Shown: piece by piece, positions 17,559 to 30,017 of the stretch
Layout: the number at the start of each line of letters is the position of its first letter
How positions within the stretch are numbered: the stretch's first letter is position 1
From: Balneolaceae bacterium
Lineage (GTDB): Bacteria; Bacteroidota; Rhodothermia; Balneolales; Balneolaceae
Assembly (NCBI GenBank): GCA_047921075.1
Contig: JBLRWS010000002.1
Span: 4,662-68,661, forward strand
Reading direction: 5' to 3'
DNA length: 64,000 nucleotides
Notes under the pieces: generated by a model
The model's input: the letters and a program-made list of their open reading frames with translations, nothing else
What the model was told of the DNA's origin: nothing
Databases searched by the model: none
Made by a program: the position numbers and the translations under genes

Positions 17559-20141
17559 ATGCATCTACGTCATGTGTTTCTCGCCCTGTTTATTGCGGTA
17601 GTATTACCGGCGCTTAGTCATTCTCAAACATCGCTTAGCGACTACCTTCCCGATCACCTCACCTATGACCCATCCATTCCCACCCCATCTGAAATTGTAG
17701 GCCATGAAGTGGGGGAGTGGCACATCACACACGATAAACTGGTGTACTACATGCGGGCTGTGGCGGAAGCCTCCGACCGTGTAGAATATCATGAGTATGC
17801 ACATACCCATGAAGGGCGGCCGCTCATCATGCTCACGGTTTCATCTCCGCAGAATTTGGCATCGATCGACCGAATCAGGGAAACCCATCTGCAATTGCGT
17901 GATCCTGACATTTCTGCCGATCTCGATATTTCCACCATGCCGGTGGTGGTGAATCTCGGCTACAGCGTGCATGGCAATGAGCCAAGCGGGTCGAATGCCT
18001 CGCTGCTTACCGCGTATTATCTGGCTGCTGCGCAAGGTCCCGAAATTGATGAACTGTTACAGAACTCCATCATTTTGGTTGATCCAAGCCTGAATCCCGA
18101 TGGGTTGCAGCGGTTTTCTACCTGGGTAAATATGCATAAAAGTATAAACGTGGCGGTTACCGACCGGGTAGATCGTGAATTTAATGAAATCTGGCCCGGT
18201 GGCCGCACCAACCATTACTGGTTCGATCTGAACCGGGACTGGATGCCTGTTCAACATCCGTCCAGCCGTGGCCGTATTCAAATGTATCAGAAATGGAAGC
18301 CCAATGTGCTTACCGATTTCCATGAGATGGGCACCAACTCCACCTATTTCTTCCAGCCGGGCGTTCCGTCACGCACGCACCCGTTAACCCCGCAATTGAA
18401 TCAGGATCTGACCATGGCTATAGCCGAGTACCATGCCGAAGCGCTTGATGAACGGGCAGAGCTGTATTACACCCGCGAGGGGTTCGACGATTTTTACTAC
18501 GGGAAAGGCTCTACCTATCCCGATGTATTTGGCACCGTTGGGATCCTTTTTGAGCAGGCAAGTTCTCGTGGCCACGCTCAGGAGAGTATACACGGCATAC
18601 TCGAGTTTCCAAGCACTATTTTAAACCAGTTCACAACAACACTATCAACCCTGCGTGCCTCTCTTGATTTACGGGAAGACCTGCATAATTTGGCACGCAC
18701 GTTTTATCGGGATGCACGTAATGATGCGCGCAATGCCCGAACCAAAGCGATCATCGTTGGGGATGAACACGATCAGGCTAAAACCTGGCACTTGGCTGAT
18801 CTGCTGAGTCATCACAACGTGGAGATGTACGAACTGTCGCGCGATGTGGAAGCCAATGGCCACACATTTCAAGCCGGCCGCGCCCTGGTTATCCCCACCG
18901 AGCAGACCGAATACAAGTTTATCGAAGCGATGATGGAGCGGCGGACAACCTTTCAGGACAGCATTTTTTATGATGTTTCGACCTGGACACTCCCATTTTC
19001 TTTTAACCTTCCATTCGCCGAACTGGCACAAAATCAGTTTAACCGGAATCTGTTGGGCGATCAAATCACGGAACCCGAATTTCCGGCCGGGGAGATTGTT
19101 GGCGGTCGCAGCCAATATGCCTATTTATTTGAGTGGGATGAATATTACGCCCCCAAGGCGCTCTATCGCCTGCAAAACGCAGGTGTTCGCACCAAAGTTG
19201 CAACGATCCCTTTTCAGGCGGTTACGTCCCGCGGTGTAAAAGAGTTTGATTATGGTACCATTCTGGTGTCGCTTGGACGACAAGATGTAAACGATCGGGA
19301 GATCTACCAGTTGATGCAACAAGCTGCGGAGGATGGTATTACGGTATACTCAATGTCTGGTGGATTAAATCCAAGTGGTATGGATTTGGGAAGCCCCAGC
19401 TTCAGTGATCTTGATAAACCATCGGTTGCAATCCTGGCCGGCTCCGGTATACGTTCGAACGATGTTGGCGAAATCTGGCACCTGTTTGATCAGCGGTTTG
19501 ATATGCCAATTACTATGATTGATCAGGATCAGTTTGGTCGCGCAAATCTCAATCGTTACAACGTCATCGTTCTGGCACACGGGGGTTATGGCGGCCTCTC
19601 CTCAAATAATGTTGATGAGTTAAAACGATGGGTTCGTAGCGGAGGCGTTTTGATTCTTAACCGCGGCGCAGTGAATTGGGGTGTGCGTCAAGGGTTGGCC
19701 AACATTGAGTTTGTAAGCACACCGTTCGACAATCCGGAGCAGTTGCCATATGCCGATTTAACCGACAATCGCGGTGCGCAGGTTATCGGAGGCTCTATTT
19801 TTAATGTGCGGCTCGATCTGACACACCCTATTGCTTATGGATACAACCGGGAAGAGATGACCGTCTTCAGAAACTCCAATACGTTTATGAAACTGGCCGA
19901 CAACCCCTACGCCACTCCGGTTCGGTACACAGATAATCCTCTTGCCAGCGGCTATATTTCAGATCAAAATTTGGAGACGCTTGCGGGCACGGCATCTGTT
20001 ATTGTGTCCGGCTATGGTGGTGGACGCGTCGTTAGCTTTGTGGACAATCCCGCATTTCGCGCCTTCTGGTTCGGAACCAATAAATTGCTCATGAACGCCG
20101 TGTTTTTTGGACAGACGATCAGCGGGGCATCGGCAAATTAA
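17559..20141 (+). CDS. M14-family zinc carboxypeptidase-like protein with a large C-terminal domain
   Basis: Signal peptide MHLRHVFLALFIAVVLPALSHSQ is followed by GYSVHGNEPSGSNASL and DPSLNPDG (M14 zinc and substrate motifs). The C-terminal half is unassigned. I chose the start at the internal ATG 17559. Confidence 0.8.
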   Translation: MHLRHVFLALFIAVVLPALSHSQTSLSDYLPDHLTYDPSIPTPSEIVGHEVGEWHITHDKLVYYMRAVAEASDRVEYHEYAHTHEGRPLIMLTVSSPQNLASIDRIRETHLQLRDPDISADLDISTMPVVVNLGYSVHGNEPSGSNASLLTAYYLAAAQGPEIDELLQNSIILVDPSLNPDGLQRFSTWVNMHKSINVAVTDRVDREFNEIWPGGRTNHYWFDLNRDWMPVQHPSSRGRIQMYQKWKPNVLTDFHEMGTNSTYFFQPGVPSRTHPLTPQLNQDLTMAIAEYHAEALDERAELYYTREGFDDFYYGKGSTYPDVFGTVGILFEQASSRGHAQESIHGILEFPSTILNQFTTTLSTLRASLDLREDLHNLARTFYRDARNDARNARTKAIIVGDEHDQAKTWHLADLLSHHNVEMYELSRDVEANGHTFQAGRALVIPTEQTEYKFIEAMMERRTTFQDSIFYDVSTWTLPFSFNLPFAELAQNQFNRNLLGDQITEPEFPAGEIVGGRSQYAYLFEWDEYYAPKALYRLQNAGVRTKVATIPFQAVTSRGVKEFDYGTILVSLGRQDVNDREIYQLMQQAAEDGITVYSMSGGLNPSGMDLGSPSFSDLDKPSVAILAGSGIRSNDVGEIWHLFDQRFDMPITMIDQDQFGRANLNRYNVIVLAHGGYGGLSSNNVDELKRWVRSGGVLILNRGAVNWGVRQGLANIEFVSTPFDNPEQLPYADLTDNRGAQVIGGSIFNVRLDLTHPIAYGYNREEMTVFRNSNTFMKLADNPYATPVRYTDNPLASGYISDQNLETLAGTASVIVSGYGGGRVVSFVDNPAFRAFWFGTNKLLMNAVFFGQTISGASAN

Positions 20142-20165
20142 CATCGATCGGTATTGATCGATCCG

Positions 20166-20200
20166 AAAAAGGGGCGGCTTTTACAACCGCCCCTTTTTTT
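20166..20200. terminator. Bidirectional Rho-independent terminator between convergent genes
   Basis: AAAAA-GGGGCGG-CTTTTACAA-CCGCCCC-TTTTTTT, with A and T runs on both sides. Confidence 0.8.
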
Positions 20201-20229
20201 ATGATGGTTTGGTTCTTACGAAGGCAGGG

Positions 20230-21558
20230 TTACATATCCAGTTTGGCAATTCGGTGCTGGAACTGTTTGATTGCAAACTCCAGAAACCAATCTTTATCCA
20301 GTCCAAAGGGCACCTCATCATACGGTTCAAAGATCTCGTGGATCATGTTCGTGGCGTCATTCAGTAGATCCTCAAGATGCTCTTCAAATGCCGGTTTCAA
20401 ATCGATGTTATCCTGCAGTAAACGATTGATGAGATAGATGCCAAAAGCAATGTGGCGCGATTCGTCCTGTTTTAAAAGAGTGATACCTTTCTGCATGCCG
20501 GGCATCAGATCATTATCGTTCAACATCTTATAGTAGGCTTCGTATCCGGTTTCGGCCAGTGTGCCTTCAACAATCATGTTGTATGTTCCGGCTGCTTTTA
20601 ACTGTGCAAGCGGGGAGGCGTCCTCCTCCAGCCGATGAAGCGCCTGGGGTAGTTTGGTATAAAAAACGGTGCGATAGAAAGGCTTGTGAAATCGCTCGAA
20701 GTCGTGTCCGCGTCCAAACACGTCGGTTACATATCGTGAGAAGAACTCTGTATGTTTCGCTTCTTCCCATAAGAACGACGTTAGATAAATCTCCTCTTCG
20801 ATTCGACCTTCCTTAGCAATCACTCGAATAAGCGGCAGAAGATCCAGCGTAACCGCTTCTTCACCGGCCATGAAGAGCCCGGTCAAATGGAGGATTATCT
20901 CCTTCTGTTTCGGTTCAAGCAACTCCCAGTCGGCGCGATCCTTCTCAAGGTCGATATCCGAAGGGTTCCAAATGCCCAACCGTTTCGATTTTTGAAAGAG
21001 CTGCATCGGAAAGCTCTCATGATCCAGCCCTTTACGAACCGTTTTATAATACGTACGTTTAAATTCTCCATTTGTGTGTTTAGCTGTATGCGCCGCTGTT
21101 GATGCCCCGGCTTTACCATGGCTGTAATCCGGAGCGCATTTCAATAATTCGGTCGCCGCTTTTTTTTGCGTAGAGAGAAGAAATAAACTCCCTTTTTCCA
21201 GTTTGATGCCGCCTTTCATCAGCAACATCAACGGATCCTTTTTTTTAGTGATCAGATTTTTCCATGTATATGCATCTCCCGAGAGCACCACATCCGATCG
21301 ATCTTCATCCTCCTGTTTTGCATATCGTAATTCCTCACAGCTGCCTTCCTGCAAATCAAGAAAAAAACCAATTGCCTTTTCATCTTCAAACTCATCGGGT
21401 GGTGGAACAATTTTAAGCACAATGGGTGCGTTCCATTTTTTCCCCGCCTTTTGGTAGGAGGTACTACTGTTGATGGCTGTTTGCCACTCACTCATCCACG
21501 TACTTGAAAACCAGCTCTTGGTTTGTGACGATTCTTCTTTCTCTTTTCGAAACCACAT
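20230..21558 (-). CDS. Fusion protein: N-terminal SCP2-like lipid-binding domain plus R2-like ligand-binding oxidase (ferritin-like di-metal)
   Basis: The C-terminal 290 aa read WNPSDIDLEKD...GLFMAGEEAVTLDLLP...FLWEEAKHTEFF...YNMIVEGTLAETGY...QDESRHIAFGIY. These are the R2lox metal-ligand motifs. The N-terminal 140 aa have the SCP2 pattern (FFLDLQEGSC...DVVLSGDAYTWKNL...LLMKGGIKLEKGS). Confidence 0.8.
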   Translation of the reverse strand: MWFRKEKEESSQTKSWFSSTWMSEWQTAINSSTSYQKAGKKWNAPIVLKIVPPPDEFEDEKAIGFFLDLQEGSCEELRYAKQEDEDRSDVVLSGDAYTWKNLITKKKDPLMLLMKGGIKLEKGSLFLLSTQKKAATELLKCAPDYSHGKAGASTAAHTAKHTNGEFKRTYYKTVRKGLDHESFPMQLFQKSKRLGIWNPSDIDLEKDRADWELLEPKQKEIILHLTGLFMAGEEAVTLDLLPLIRVIAKEGRIEEEIYLTSFLWEEAKHTEFFSRYVTDVFGRGHDFERFHKPFYRTVFYTKLPQALHRLEEDASPLAQLKAAGTYNMIVEGTLAETGYEAYYKMLNDNDLMPGMQKGITLLKQDESRHIAFGIYLINRLLQDNIDLKPAFEEHLEDLLNDATNMIHEIFEPYDEVPFGLDKDWFLEFAIKQFQHRIAKLDM

Positions 21559-21687
21559 AATGAAATGGTTGTTTTCGGGTTATTTATGGGTGAATGCCTA
21601 TTTTAAAGTAATGGTTTAAAGCGATATTTTGATACGTTGGTACAAATACCACCGATAAATTTATAAGTATAATAAAAACAATTAGAT

Positions 21688-23577
21688 ATGGATAGTCTAT
21701 ATCCAGCCTACGATGTGATTGTAGTAGGAGGGGGACACGCCGGCAGCGAAGCTGCTGCAGCATCTGCAAGATCGGGTGCCAAGACACTTCTCATTACGAT
21801 GAACCTTGACGCCGTCGCCAAAATGTCGTGTAATCCGGCAATGGGCGGTGTGGCCAAGGGTCAGCTCGTTCGTGAGATTGATGCGCTTGGGGGCCTTAGT
21901 GGTATTGTAAGCGACCGTAGTGGCGTTCAATTTCGAATGCTCAATCGCAGTAAAGGGCCGGCGATGTGGAGCCCCCGCTGTCAAAGTGATCGCATCCTGT
22001 ACGCTAATTGTATGCGCCAAGAGCTGGAGGCCATCCCAAATTTAACATTCCGCCAGGATAATGTTGTAGACATCATTACCACGGATGACGATAAACAGGT
22101 AAAAGGTGCAGTCACCCAGACCGGGCAGTTTTTCGAAAGCAAAGCGGTTATTCTAACCAGCGGCACCTTTTTAAACGGCTTGATTCATATTGGTGAAAGT
22201 CAGTACGGCGGGGGGCGGTCCGGCGAGCGCGCCTCGGTTGGGATATCGGCATCACTTGAAAAGCTCGGTTTTGAAATTGGCCGATTGAAAACGGGTACGC
22301 CTCCGCGTATAGACGGGCGTTCCATTGATTATTCTCAATTAGAAATTCAGTACGGAGATGAAAATCCAAGCCCGTTTTCATTCATGACGGAATCTCTCCC
22401 ATCCAAAGAAGAGCAATTGACCTGTTGGATTGGGTATACCAATAATGCGGTTCATGATACCCTTCGAACAGGATTCGACCGCAGCCCGATGTTTAATGGG
22501 CGAATCAAATCGATTGGGCCGCGCTACTGCCCGAGTATCGAAGATAAAATTGATCGTTTCTCAGATAAAGATCAGCATCAGCTTTTTTTAGAGCCGGAAG
22601 GTTGGGATACGTACGAAATGTATCTGAATGGATTTTCAACATCCCTGCCCGAAGATGTTCAATATCGGGCACTGCGGACCATTCCCGGTTTTGAAAAAGC
22701 AGTTATGCTGCGCCCCGGCTATGCCATTGAATATGACTATTTTCCACCGTATCAGATCAAGAGAAACCTTGAAACCAAGCGTGTGAACGGACTCTTTTTT
22801 GCCGGGCAGATTAATGGAACAACAGGATATGAAGAAGCGGCCTGTCAGGGGTTGATGGCGGGCATCAATGCGTCGTTATATGTGCAGTCCCGGGAACCGT
22901 TTGTCTTGAAGCGGTCAGAAGCGTATATCGGCGTGTTGATTGATGATTTAATCAACAAGGGTACCGAAGAGCCTTACCGGATGTTTACCTCTCGCGCAGA
23001 ACACCGCATTCTACTACGTCAAGATAATGCGGATCTGCGATTAACCGAGCTTGGGCATAGAACGGGACTTGTAACCGATGAGCGATATCGCACCTTCAAA
23101 AAGAAAAAAAATGAGATAGATGCTCTTTTTGATCTGATCTCATCCTATACTGTCCGGCCCGAAAAGATGGACCCGATGCTTCAGGAAAAGGGGACATCGG
23201 TACTTTCACAGCCGGTAAAAGCGCGTACACTTATTCCCCGGCCGGAAATCCATCTACAGGATCTTTTGAATGCCGATGAAGAGTTGCACCTTGAGGTTCG
23301 TAAAATCACAGATAATCCAACCGTTTTAGAACAGGTTGAAATTCAGATAAAGTACGAAGGGTATATCAAGCGAGAGTTTGAAATGGTGGAGGAGCTCAGC
23401 AAGCAAGAGGAAAAACCGATACCGGATCAGTTAAATTATGACCGCATTAAAAGCCTCTCTTCTGAAGGAAAATCAAAACTAAAGAAGATCAAACCGGAAA
23501 CCATTGGTCAGGCGTCCCGCATCAGCGGCGTATCTGCGAGTGATGTAGCGGTTCTTATGGTCTATCTTAAAGGGTAA
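21688..23577 (+). CDS. mnmG: tRNA uridine-5-carboxymethylaminomethyl modification enzyme MnmG (GidA)
   Basis: The 629 aa product has [16 protein letters not shown]...[11 protein letters not shown]...[11 protein letters not shown]...[16 protein letters not shown]. Confidence 0.96.
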   Translation: MDSLYPAYDVIVVGGGHAGSEAAAASARSGAKTLLITMNLDAVAKMSCNPAMGGVAKGQLVREIDALGGLSGIVSDRSGVQFRMLNRSKGPAMWSPRCQSDRILYANCMRQELEAIPNLTFRQDNVVDIITTDDDKQVKGAVTQTGQFFESKAVILTSGTFLNGLIHIGESQYGGGRSGERASVGISASLEKLGFEIGRLKTGTPPRIDGRSIDYSQLEIQYGDENPSPFSFMTESLPSKEEQLTCWIGYTNNAVHDTLRTGFDRSPMFNGRIKSIGPRYCPSIEDKIDRFSDKDQHQLFLEPEGWDTYEMYLNGFSTSLPEDVQYRALRTIPGFEKAVMLRPGYAIEYDYFPPYQIKRNLETKRVNGLFFAGQINGTTGYEEAACQGLMAGINASLYVQSREPFVLKRSEAYIGVLIDDLINKGTEEPYRMFTSRAEHRILLRQDNADLRLTELGHRTGLVTDERYRTFKKKKNEIDALFDLISSYTVRPEKMDPMLQEKGTSVLSQPVKARTLIPRPEIHLQDLLNADEELHLEVRKITDNPTVLEQVEIQIKYEGYIKREFEMVEELSKQEEKPIPDQLNYDRIKSLSSEGKSKLKKIKPETIGQASRISGVSASDVAVLMVYLKG

Positions 23578-24234
23578 GTGTTTCACGTGAAACAGTCTGT
23601 TGAGGAAGTAATTTTAGGTGACGATGTATACCAGAAAGCTGAAAAACTCTATTCAGCTCATGAAAGTGAATTAGAAAAATATCTTGATCTTTTACTGTCG
23701 TGGAATGAAAAAATTAACCTTGTAAGCCGGGCTGTTTCACGTGAAACGGTGCGCGAGCACATCATTCATTCGTTGATACCGGCAGTAAAAGTGAATGAAA
23801 AATCGCTGATGGAAGGACATCGTGAATGGATAGATACAGGAACAGGCGGGGGGATGCCGGGCATACCGCTTGCTATCACAAACAAGGAAAGGGCGTTTAT
23901 TCTTAATGATAATGTCAGGAAAAAAATGGTAGCTGTTGAGGATATGGCGCGTGAACTCAACCTCGAAAATGCATCTGCCATCGCGAAAAGCATTTCGCTG
24001 ATCGATCTTCCAAAAGGGACAGGGATTATCAGTAAACATGCATTTAAAATAGATGATCTACTACGCCATCGAAAAGGGAAGGGGTGGGAAACCATTCTTT
24101 TGTACAAGGGTGTGGAAGATGCTAAAAAAGAGCTCGCCAGAAGCAGAGGCTGGAACAGGGCGGTTATCTATTCATTTCAATTCACGGGCAATTCCTTTTA
24201 TGAGGGAAAGGGATTGGTTTTACTCCGCTCCTGA
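23578..24234 (+). CDS. rsmG: 16S rRNA (guanine527-N7)-methyltransferase RsmG (GidB)
   Basis: GTG start directly after the mnmG stop. The product has LLLSWNEKINLVS and DTGTGGGMPGIPLAI (SAM-binding motif). Conserved mnmG-rsmG order also supports the call. Confidence 0.88.
   Translation: MFHVKQSVEEVILGDDVYQKAEKLYSAHESELEKYLDLLLSWNEKINLVSRAVSRETVREHIIHSLIPAVKVNEKSLMEGHREWIDTGTGGGMPGIPLAITNKERAFILNDNVRKKMVAVEDMARELNLENASAIAKSISLIDLPKGTGIISKHAFKIDDLLRHRKGKGWETILLYKGVEDAKKELARSRGWNRAVIYSFQFTGNSFYEGKGLVLLRS
23579..23594. promoter_or_regulatory. parS centromere-like site (perfect 16-bp palindrome)
   Basis: TGTTTCACGTGAAACA equals the canonical chromosomal parS consensus TGTTNCACGTGAAACA. It overlaps rsmG codons 1-6. 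Confidence 0.8.
23733..23748. promoter_or_regulatory. Second parS-like site (15/16 match)
   Basis: TGTTTCACGTGAAACG lies 154 bp from the first site. It is read in a different codon frame (VSRET versus FHVK), so the repeat is not explained by protein conservation. Confidence 0.7.
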
Positions 24235-24301
24235 GAGAAATCTATTTTAGCTTTTCAGTCGGGTTCGCTACCTTCGGTTGAACCAAATAATGGGATCCGA
24301 T

Positions 24302-25249
24302 ATGGCAAAACTGAACAGCTCGCAACGCAGAATGAAGATGATTCTGATGCTTCAGCAATCCACAAAAAGAGTAACAGCCAGCGATATGGCTGAAAAATTT
24401 GGGGTGAGCCGGCGAACTATTTTTCGAGATATCCGCGTACTGGAAGACCTGAATGTGCCCCTGACCTGGGATGAGGAGAGCGGATATGGGGTAACACACG
24501 GATACAAAGTGCCGCCGCTGATGTTTACCACCCGGGAGCTTGCAACCATTCTGGTGGGGCTTAACTTTGTAAAATCGCAGGTTGATAAACAGCTGGCCAG
24601 CGATGCGGGTGGGGTTGAGCTAAAAATTAAACAGGTGCTGCCGGATGAATTAAAACGATTTATGCAGGCGCTTGAAGATAAAACGGTGGTAGATCCATTT
24701 CTTAAATTTGGCCTGGAAAAAAAGGAGGGAGGAAACTGGTATTTATTATCTACGGCAATTTCAGAGCAGCGCGTGGTGGAATTTCAATACAAAAGCCGGG
24801 ATGGAGAAACAACGAAAGGCCGGGAAGTTGAGCCGTATCTCCTGGTATTTTATCGTGACCACTGGAATGTGATCGGCTTTTCCAGAAAACGTGACGATAT
24901 TCGAAATTTTGTGCTCGACAGCATGTCAGACGTGCAGTTGACAGACAAAAAATTCATGCCGATTGGCGAAATTAACGCAGAGGCCCTTATTTTTCGATCT
25001 AACGAGTCCGGGCAAAAAGTAGAGGTACACATCGACAAATCGATCGAAGACGCGTTTAAAGCCAATCTGCCGACTAAAATAATTAAGCGAGAAGAGGTTA
25101 GAGATAAAAAAATTAAAGTCTGCTTTCGTTTTGATAATTTAGACTATCTGAACAGGTGGCTGTTGCAGTTTGGTGAGTTTCATGAAATAATTAAACCAAA
25201 CCGACTTATTAAAAAAAGAAAGTCTTTACTGAATAAACTATTGAAATAA
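24302..25249 (+). CDS. HTH-WYL-domain transcriptional regulator
   Basis: VTASDMAEKFGVSRRTIFRDIRVLEDLNVPL is a DeoR/HTH_11-type wHTH. VEFQYKSRDGETTKGREVEPYLLVFYRDHWNVIGFS is the WYL domain, followed by a C-terminal extension. Alternative starts are at 24278 (TTG) and 24290 (ATG). The 3' part is noticeably AT-rich. Confidence 0.8.
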   Translation: MAKLNSSQRRMKMILMLQQSTKRVTASDMAEKFGVSRRTIFRDIRVLEDLNVPLTWDEESGYGVTHGYKVPPLMFTTRELATILVGLNFVKSQVDKQLASDAGGVELKIKQVLPDELKRFMQALEDKTVVDPFLKFGLEKKEGGNWYLLSTAISEQRVVEFQYKSRDGETTKGREVEPYLLVFYRDHWNVIGFSRKRDDIRNFVLDSMSDVQLTDKKFMPIGEINAEALIFRSNESGQKVEVHIDKSIEDAFKANLPTKIIKREEVRDKKIKVCFRFDNLDYLNRWLLQFGEFHEIIKPNRLIKKRKSLLNKLLK

Positions 25250-25273
25250 TAAATTATTAATTTAAATAAAAAA

Positions 25274-25302
25274 AGCCCCTGCTAAATAACAGGGGCTTTT
25301 TT
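25274..25302. terminator. Bidirectional Rho-independent terminator (WYL gene / gyrA)
   Basis: AAAAAAA-AGCCCCTG-CTAAATAA-CAGGGGCT-TTTTTT. Confidence 0.8.
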
Positions 25303-25322
25303 GTAGTGGATCTCATAACGGA

Positions 25323-27791
25323 TTAGACAACTTCCGCTTCGGCTTCGTCGTCGTCTTCATTTACCACACGGGTTACGGCTGCAATCTTCCCGTCGTCATC
25401 GAGGCGCATGATGCGAACACCTTGTGTGTTTCGGCCCATGGTTCGAAGGCCTTTGCACTGCATGCGTATTACTTTGCCGCTGTTGGTAATAACCATCAGG
25501 TCATCACCGTCGGATACTTCCTTGAGGGCGATCAACTCTCCGGTTTTGGGTGTAATCTTTAAGGTGATCACGCCCTTCCCGCCACGGCTCTGCTCGCGGT
25601 AGTCATCCACCAGCGATCGCTTGCCATATCCGTTTTCTGAAATGGCCAATACAGTGGCTTCGTGCGTATTTTTGATTACCACCATATCTACCAGCACATC
25701 TTTTTTGTTCAGCGTCATGCCCCGAACACCAGATGTATTACGGCCCATTTCACGCGCATCACTCTCGTGGAAGCGAATGGCACGGCCCGTGTTGTTGGCC
25801 AAAATAATATTACTTTCTCCATCCGTAAGGGCCGCACCGAGTAACCGGTCATCGTCCTTAATATTGATTGCAATAATCCCGTCACGGCGTGGGCGGCTGT
25901 ACGCCTCCAGTAATGTTTTCTTCACCTGCCCCTTTTCGGTGGCCATGATGATGTAGTGTTTGTTGATGTACTCCTCATCATCCAGCGTTTTAACAGGAAC
26001 AAAGGTCTTAATACTGTCATCTTTTTCGATATCGATCAGATTGACAATGGCACGCCCGCGGGAGAGACGCGAGCCCTCCGGTATTTCATACACTTTGAGC
26101 CAGTAACAATTCCCTTTTTCGGTAAAAAAGAGAATGTAATTATGATTGGTGGCCACAAACAGATGCTCTACATACTCATCATCTTTGGTTGTGGTGCCTT
26201 TCATTCCTTTTCCGCCTCGCCGTTGACGGCGATATCCGCTAACCGGCATTCTCTTAATGAAGCCTTTATTGGAGATCGTGACCACAACATCTTCATCTGC
26301 AATCATGTCTTCAATACTGAAATCTTCGGCAGAGTAGACAATTTGAGTACGCCGTTCATCGCCATAGCGCTCTTTCAGCTCCTGGAGTTCTTGTTTGATG
26401 ATGGCGTTTTGCTGCTCCCGGCTTGAGAGAATGTCGCGGTACTCAGAAATTTTTTCAACAATGTCGCGATATTCCTGGTCAATCTTATCGCGCTCCAGTC
26501 CGGTCAGTTTTTGAAGGCGCATGTCCAAAATGGCCTTGGCCTGCAGGTCGGTGAGCGCAAACTTTTTCCGAAGGGCTTCATTGGCTTCCTGCGGACTGCT
26601 CGATGCACGGATGGTTTTGATCACCTCATCCAGATTGTCGAGCGCAATTTTGAGCCCTTCCAAAATGTGGGCGCGCGCTTCCGCCTGATCCAGATCATAA
26701 ATCGTACGGCGGATAATCACCTCTATACGATGCTCGATGAAATGCTTAATCAGCTCTTTCAATGCCATCACTTTAGGACGGCCCTTCACCAATGCGAGAT
26801 TAATCACACCAAATGTTTGCTGCATTTGGGTGTATTTGTACAGCTGATTGAGCACGACTCCGGCGTTGGCGCTGCGCTTCAGAATAATAACGATACGCAT
26901 CCCCTCGCGGTCCGACTCATCGCGAATCTCAGAGATTTCGGTAATTTTTTCGGTATGAACCAGGTTGGCAATTTTCTCAATAAGAGTGGCTTTGTTTACC
27001 TGGTACGGAATTTCGGTAACTACAATCTGCTCACGATTGTTGCGAAGTTCCTCAACGTTGGCTCGGGCGCGCATGGTAATTTTGCCCCGGCCGGTTTCGT
27101 AGGCTTCTTTTACACCTTCATAGCCATAAATAATACCACCGGTAGGAAAATCGGGCGCGGTGATGTGTTTCATCAGCTCCGATGTTTCAATATCGGGATT
27201 ATCAATGACGGCAACGGTGCCATCAACCACTTCCGTAAGGTTGTGCGGCGGCATGTTTGTGGCCATACCCACGGCAATACCCGAAGCGCCGTTCAACAAC
27301 AGGTTGGGCAGCATGGCGGGCAGAACGGTCGGTTCGGTCAGTGTATCATCAAAGTTGTCCTGAAAATCGACCGTCTCTTTGTTGATATCGGTAAGCAACT
27401 CTTCGGCAATGCGCTGCATACGAACTTCGGTATATCGCATCGCGGCGGCGGAGTCACCATCCACCGAGCCAAAGTTACCCTGCCCGTCAACCAGCGGATA
27501 TCGAAGTGAGAAATCCTGTACCATCCGAACAATGGAGTCGTAAACGGCACTATCACCATGTGGGTGATACTTACCAAGAACCTCACCGACAATACGGGCA
27601 CTCTTTTTATAATTTCGGTTGTGCAACATGCCCAGGTCGCTCATGCCGAAGAGAGCACGCCGATGCACCGGCTTTAAACCGTCTCGTACATCAGGCAGGG
27701 CGCGGGATACAATAACCGACATCGAATAATCGATGTACGATGATTGCATCTCGTCTTCTATTGAAATAGGTATAATTTTTTCTGTAGCCAT
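25323..27791 (-). CDS. gyrA: DNA gyrase subunit A
   Basis: The 822 aa product has [24 protein letters not shown]...[13 protein letters not shown] (QRDR region), and AAMRYTE carrying the active-site Tyr. The C-terminus has beta-pinwheel repeats. Confidence 0.97.
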   Translation of the reverse strand: MATEKIIPISIEDEMQSSYIDYSMSVIVSRALPDVRDGLKPVHRRALFGMSDLGMLHNRNYKKSARIVGEVLGKYHPHGDSAVYDSIVRMVQDFSLRYPLVDGQGNFGSVDGDSAAAMRYTEVRMQRIAEELLTDINKETVDFQDNFDDTLTEPTVLPAMLPNLLLNGASGIAVGMATNMPPHNLTEVVDGTVAVIDNPDIETSELMKHITAPDFPTGGIIYGYEGVKEAYETGRGKITMRARANVEELRNNREQIVVTEIPYQVNKATLIEKIANLVHTEKITEISEIRDESDREGMRIVIILKRSANAGVVLNQLYKYTQMQQTFGVINLALVKGRPKVMALKELIKHFIEHRIEVIIRRTIYDLDQAEARAHILEGLKIALDNLDEVIKTIRASSSPQEANEALRKKFALTDLQAKAILDMRLQKLTGLERDKIDQEYRDIVEKISEYRDILSSREQQNAIIKQELQELKERYGDERRTQIVYSAEDFSIEDMIADEDVVVTISNKGFIKRMPVSGYRRQRRGGKGMKGTTTKDDEYVEHLFVATNHNYILFFTEKGNCYWLKVYEIPEGSRLSRGRAIVNLIDIEKDDSIKTFVPVKTLDDEEYINKHYIIMATEKGQVKKTLLEAYSRPRRDGIIAINIKDDDRLLGAALTDGESNIILANNTGRAIRFHESDAREMGRNTSGVRGMTLNKKDVLVDMVVIKNTHEATVLAISENGYGKRSLVDDYREQSRGGKGVITLKITPKTGELIALKEVSDGDDLMVITNSGKVIRMQCKGLRTMGRNTQGVRIMRLDDDGKIAAVTRVVNEDDDEAEAEVV

Positions 27792-27814
27792 CCGGTTAAA
27801 TCTGTCTGTGGTGG

Positions 27815-29890
<2,076 letters not shown>

Positions 29891-29912
29891 TCACCCCGTG
29901 GATTTCGGGAAG

Positions 29913-29921
29913 TTATCCACA
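29913..29921 (+). promoter_or_regulatory. Isolated consensus DnaA box in the gyrB/rpmB divergent spacer
   Basis: A perfect TTATCCACA lies about 160 bp upstream of the gyrB start. Confidence 0.35.
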
Positions 29922-29958
29922 AAAAAGAAGGGGCCGGAAAGTTTTCGTTGAAAATGCG

Positions 29959-29989
29959 TTGAATATCACTGATTGAACCCGTATTTTTG
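29959..29989 (+). promoter_or_regulatory. Possible Bacteroidota-type promoter (-33 TTG / -7 TATTTTTG) for rpmB
   Basis: TTG at 29959-29961 and TATTTTTG at 29982-29989 fit TAnnTTTG with about 20-bp spacing. They lie 29 nt upstream of the rpmB ATG. The string TTTTGGAGTCT is shared with the tRNA-Leu upstream region. Confidence 0.35.
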
Positions 29990-30017
29990 GAGTCTATCAA
30001 AAAAATATTCCAAGCAA

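Noticed and set aside
26511-27509. A 332 aa plus-strand ORF inside gyrA. Similar long antisense ORFs occur at 25956-26426 and 28097-28660 (gyrB), 45068-45880 (S9 peptidase), 47260-47934 (acid phosphatase) and 49506-50075 (thioredoxin-like gene). Others are at 52780-53292 and 54177-54758 (RND pump) and 58782-59674 (ftsY).
   Set aside because: Each lies opposite a gene with unmistakable conserved motifs. Their translations are low-complexity or Arg/His/Gly-skewed with no recognisable domains. They are typical shadow ORFs.
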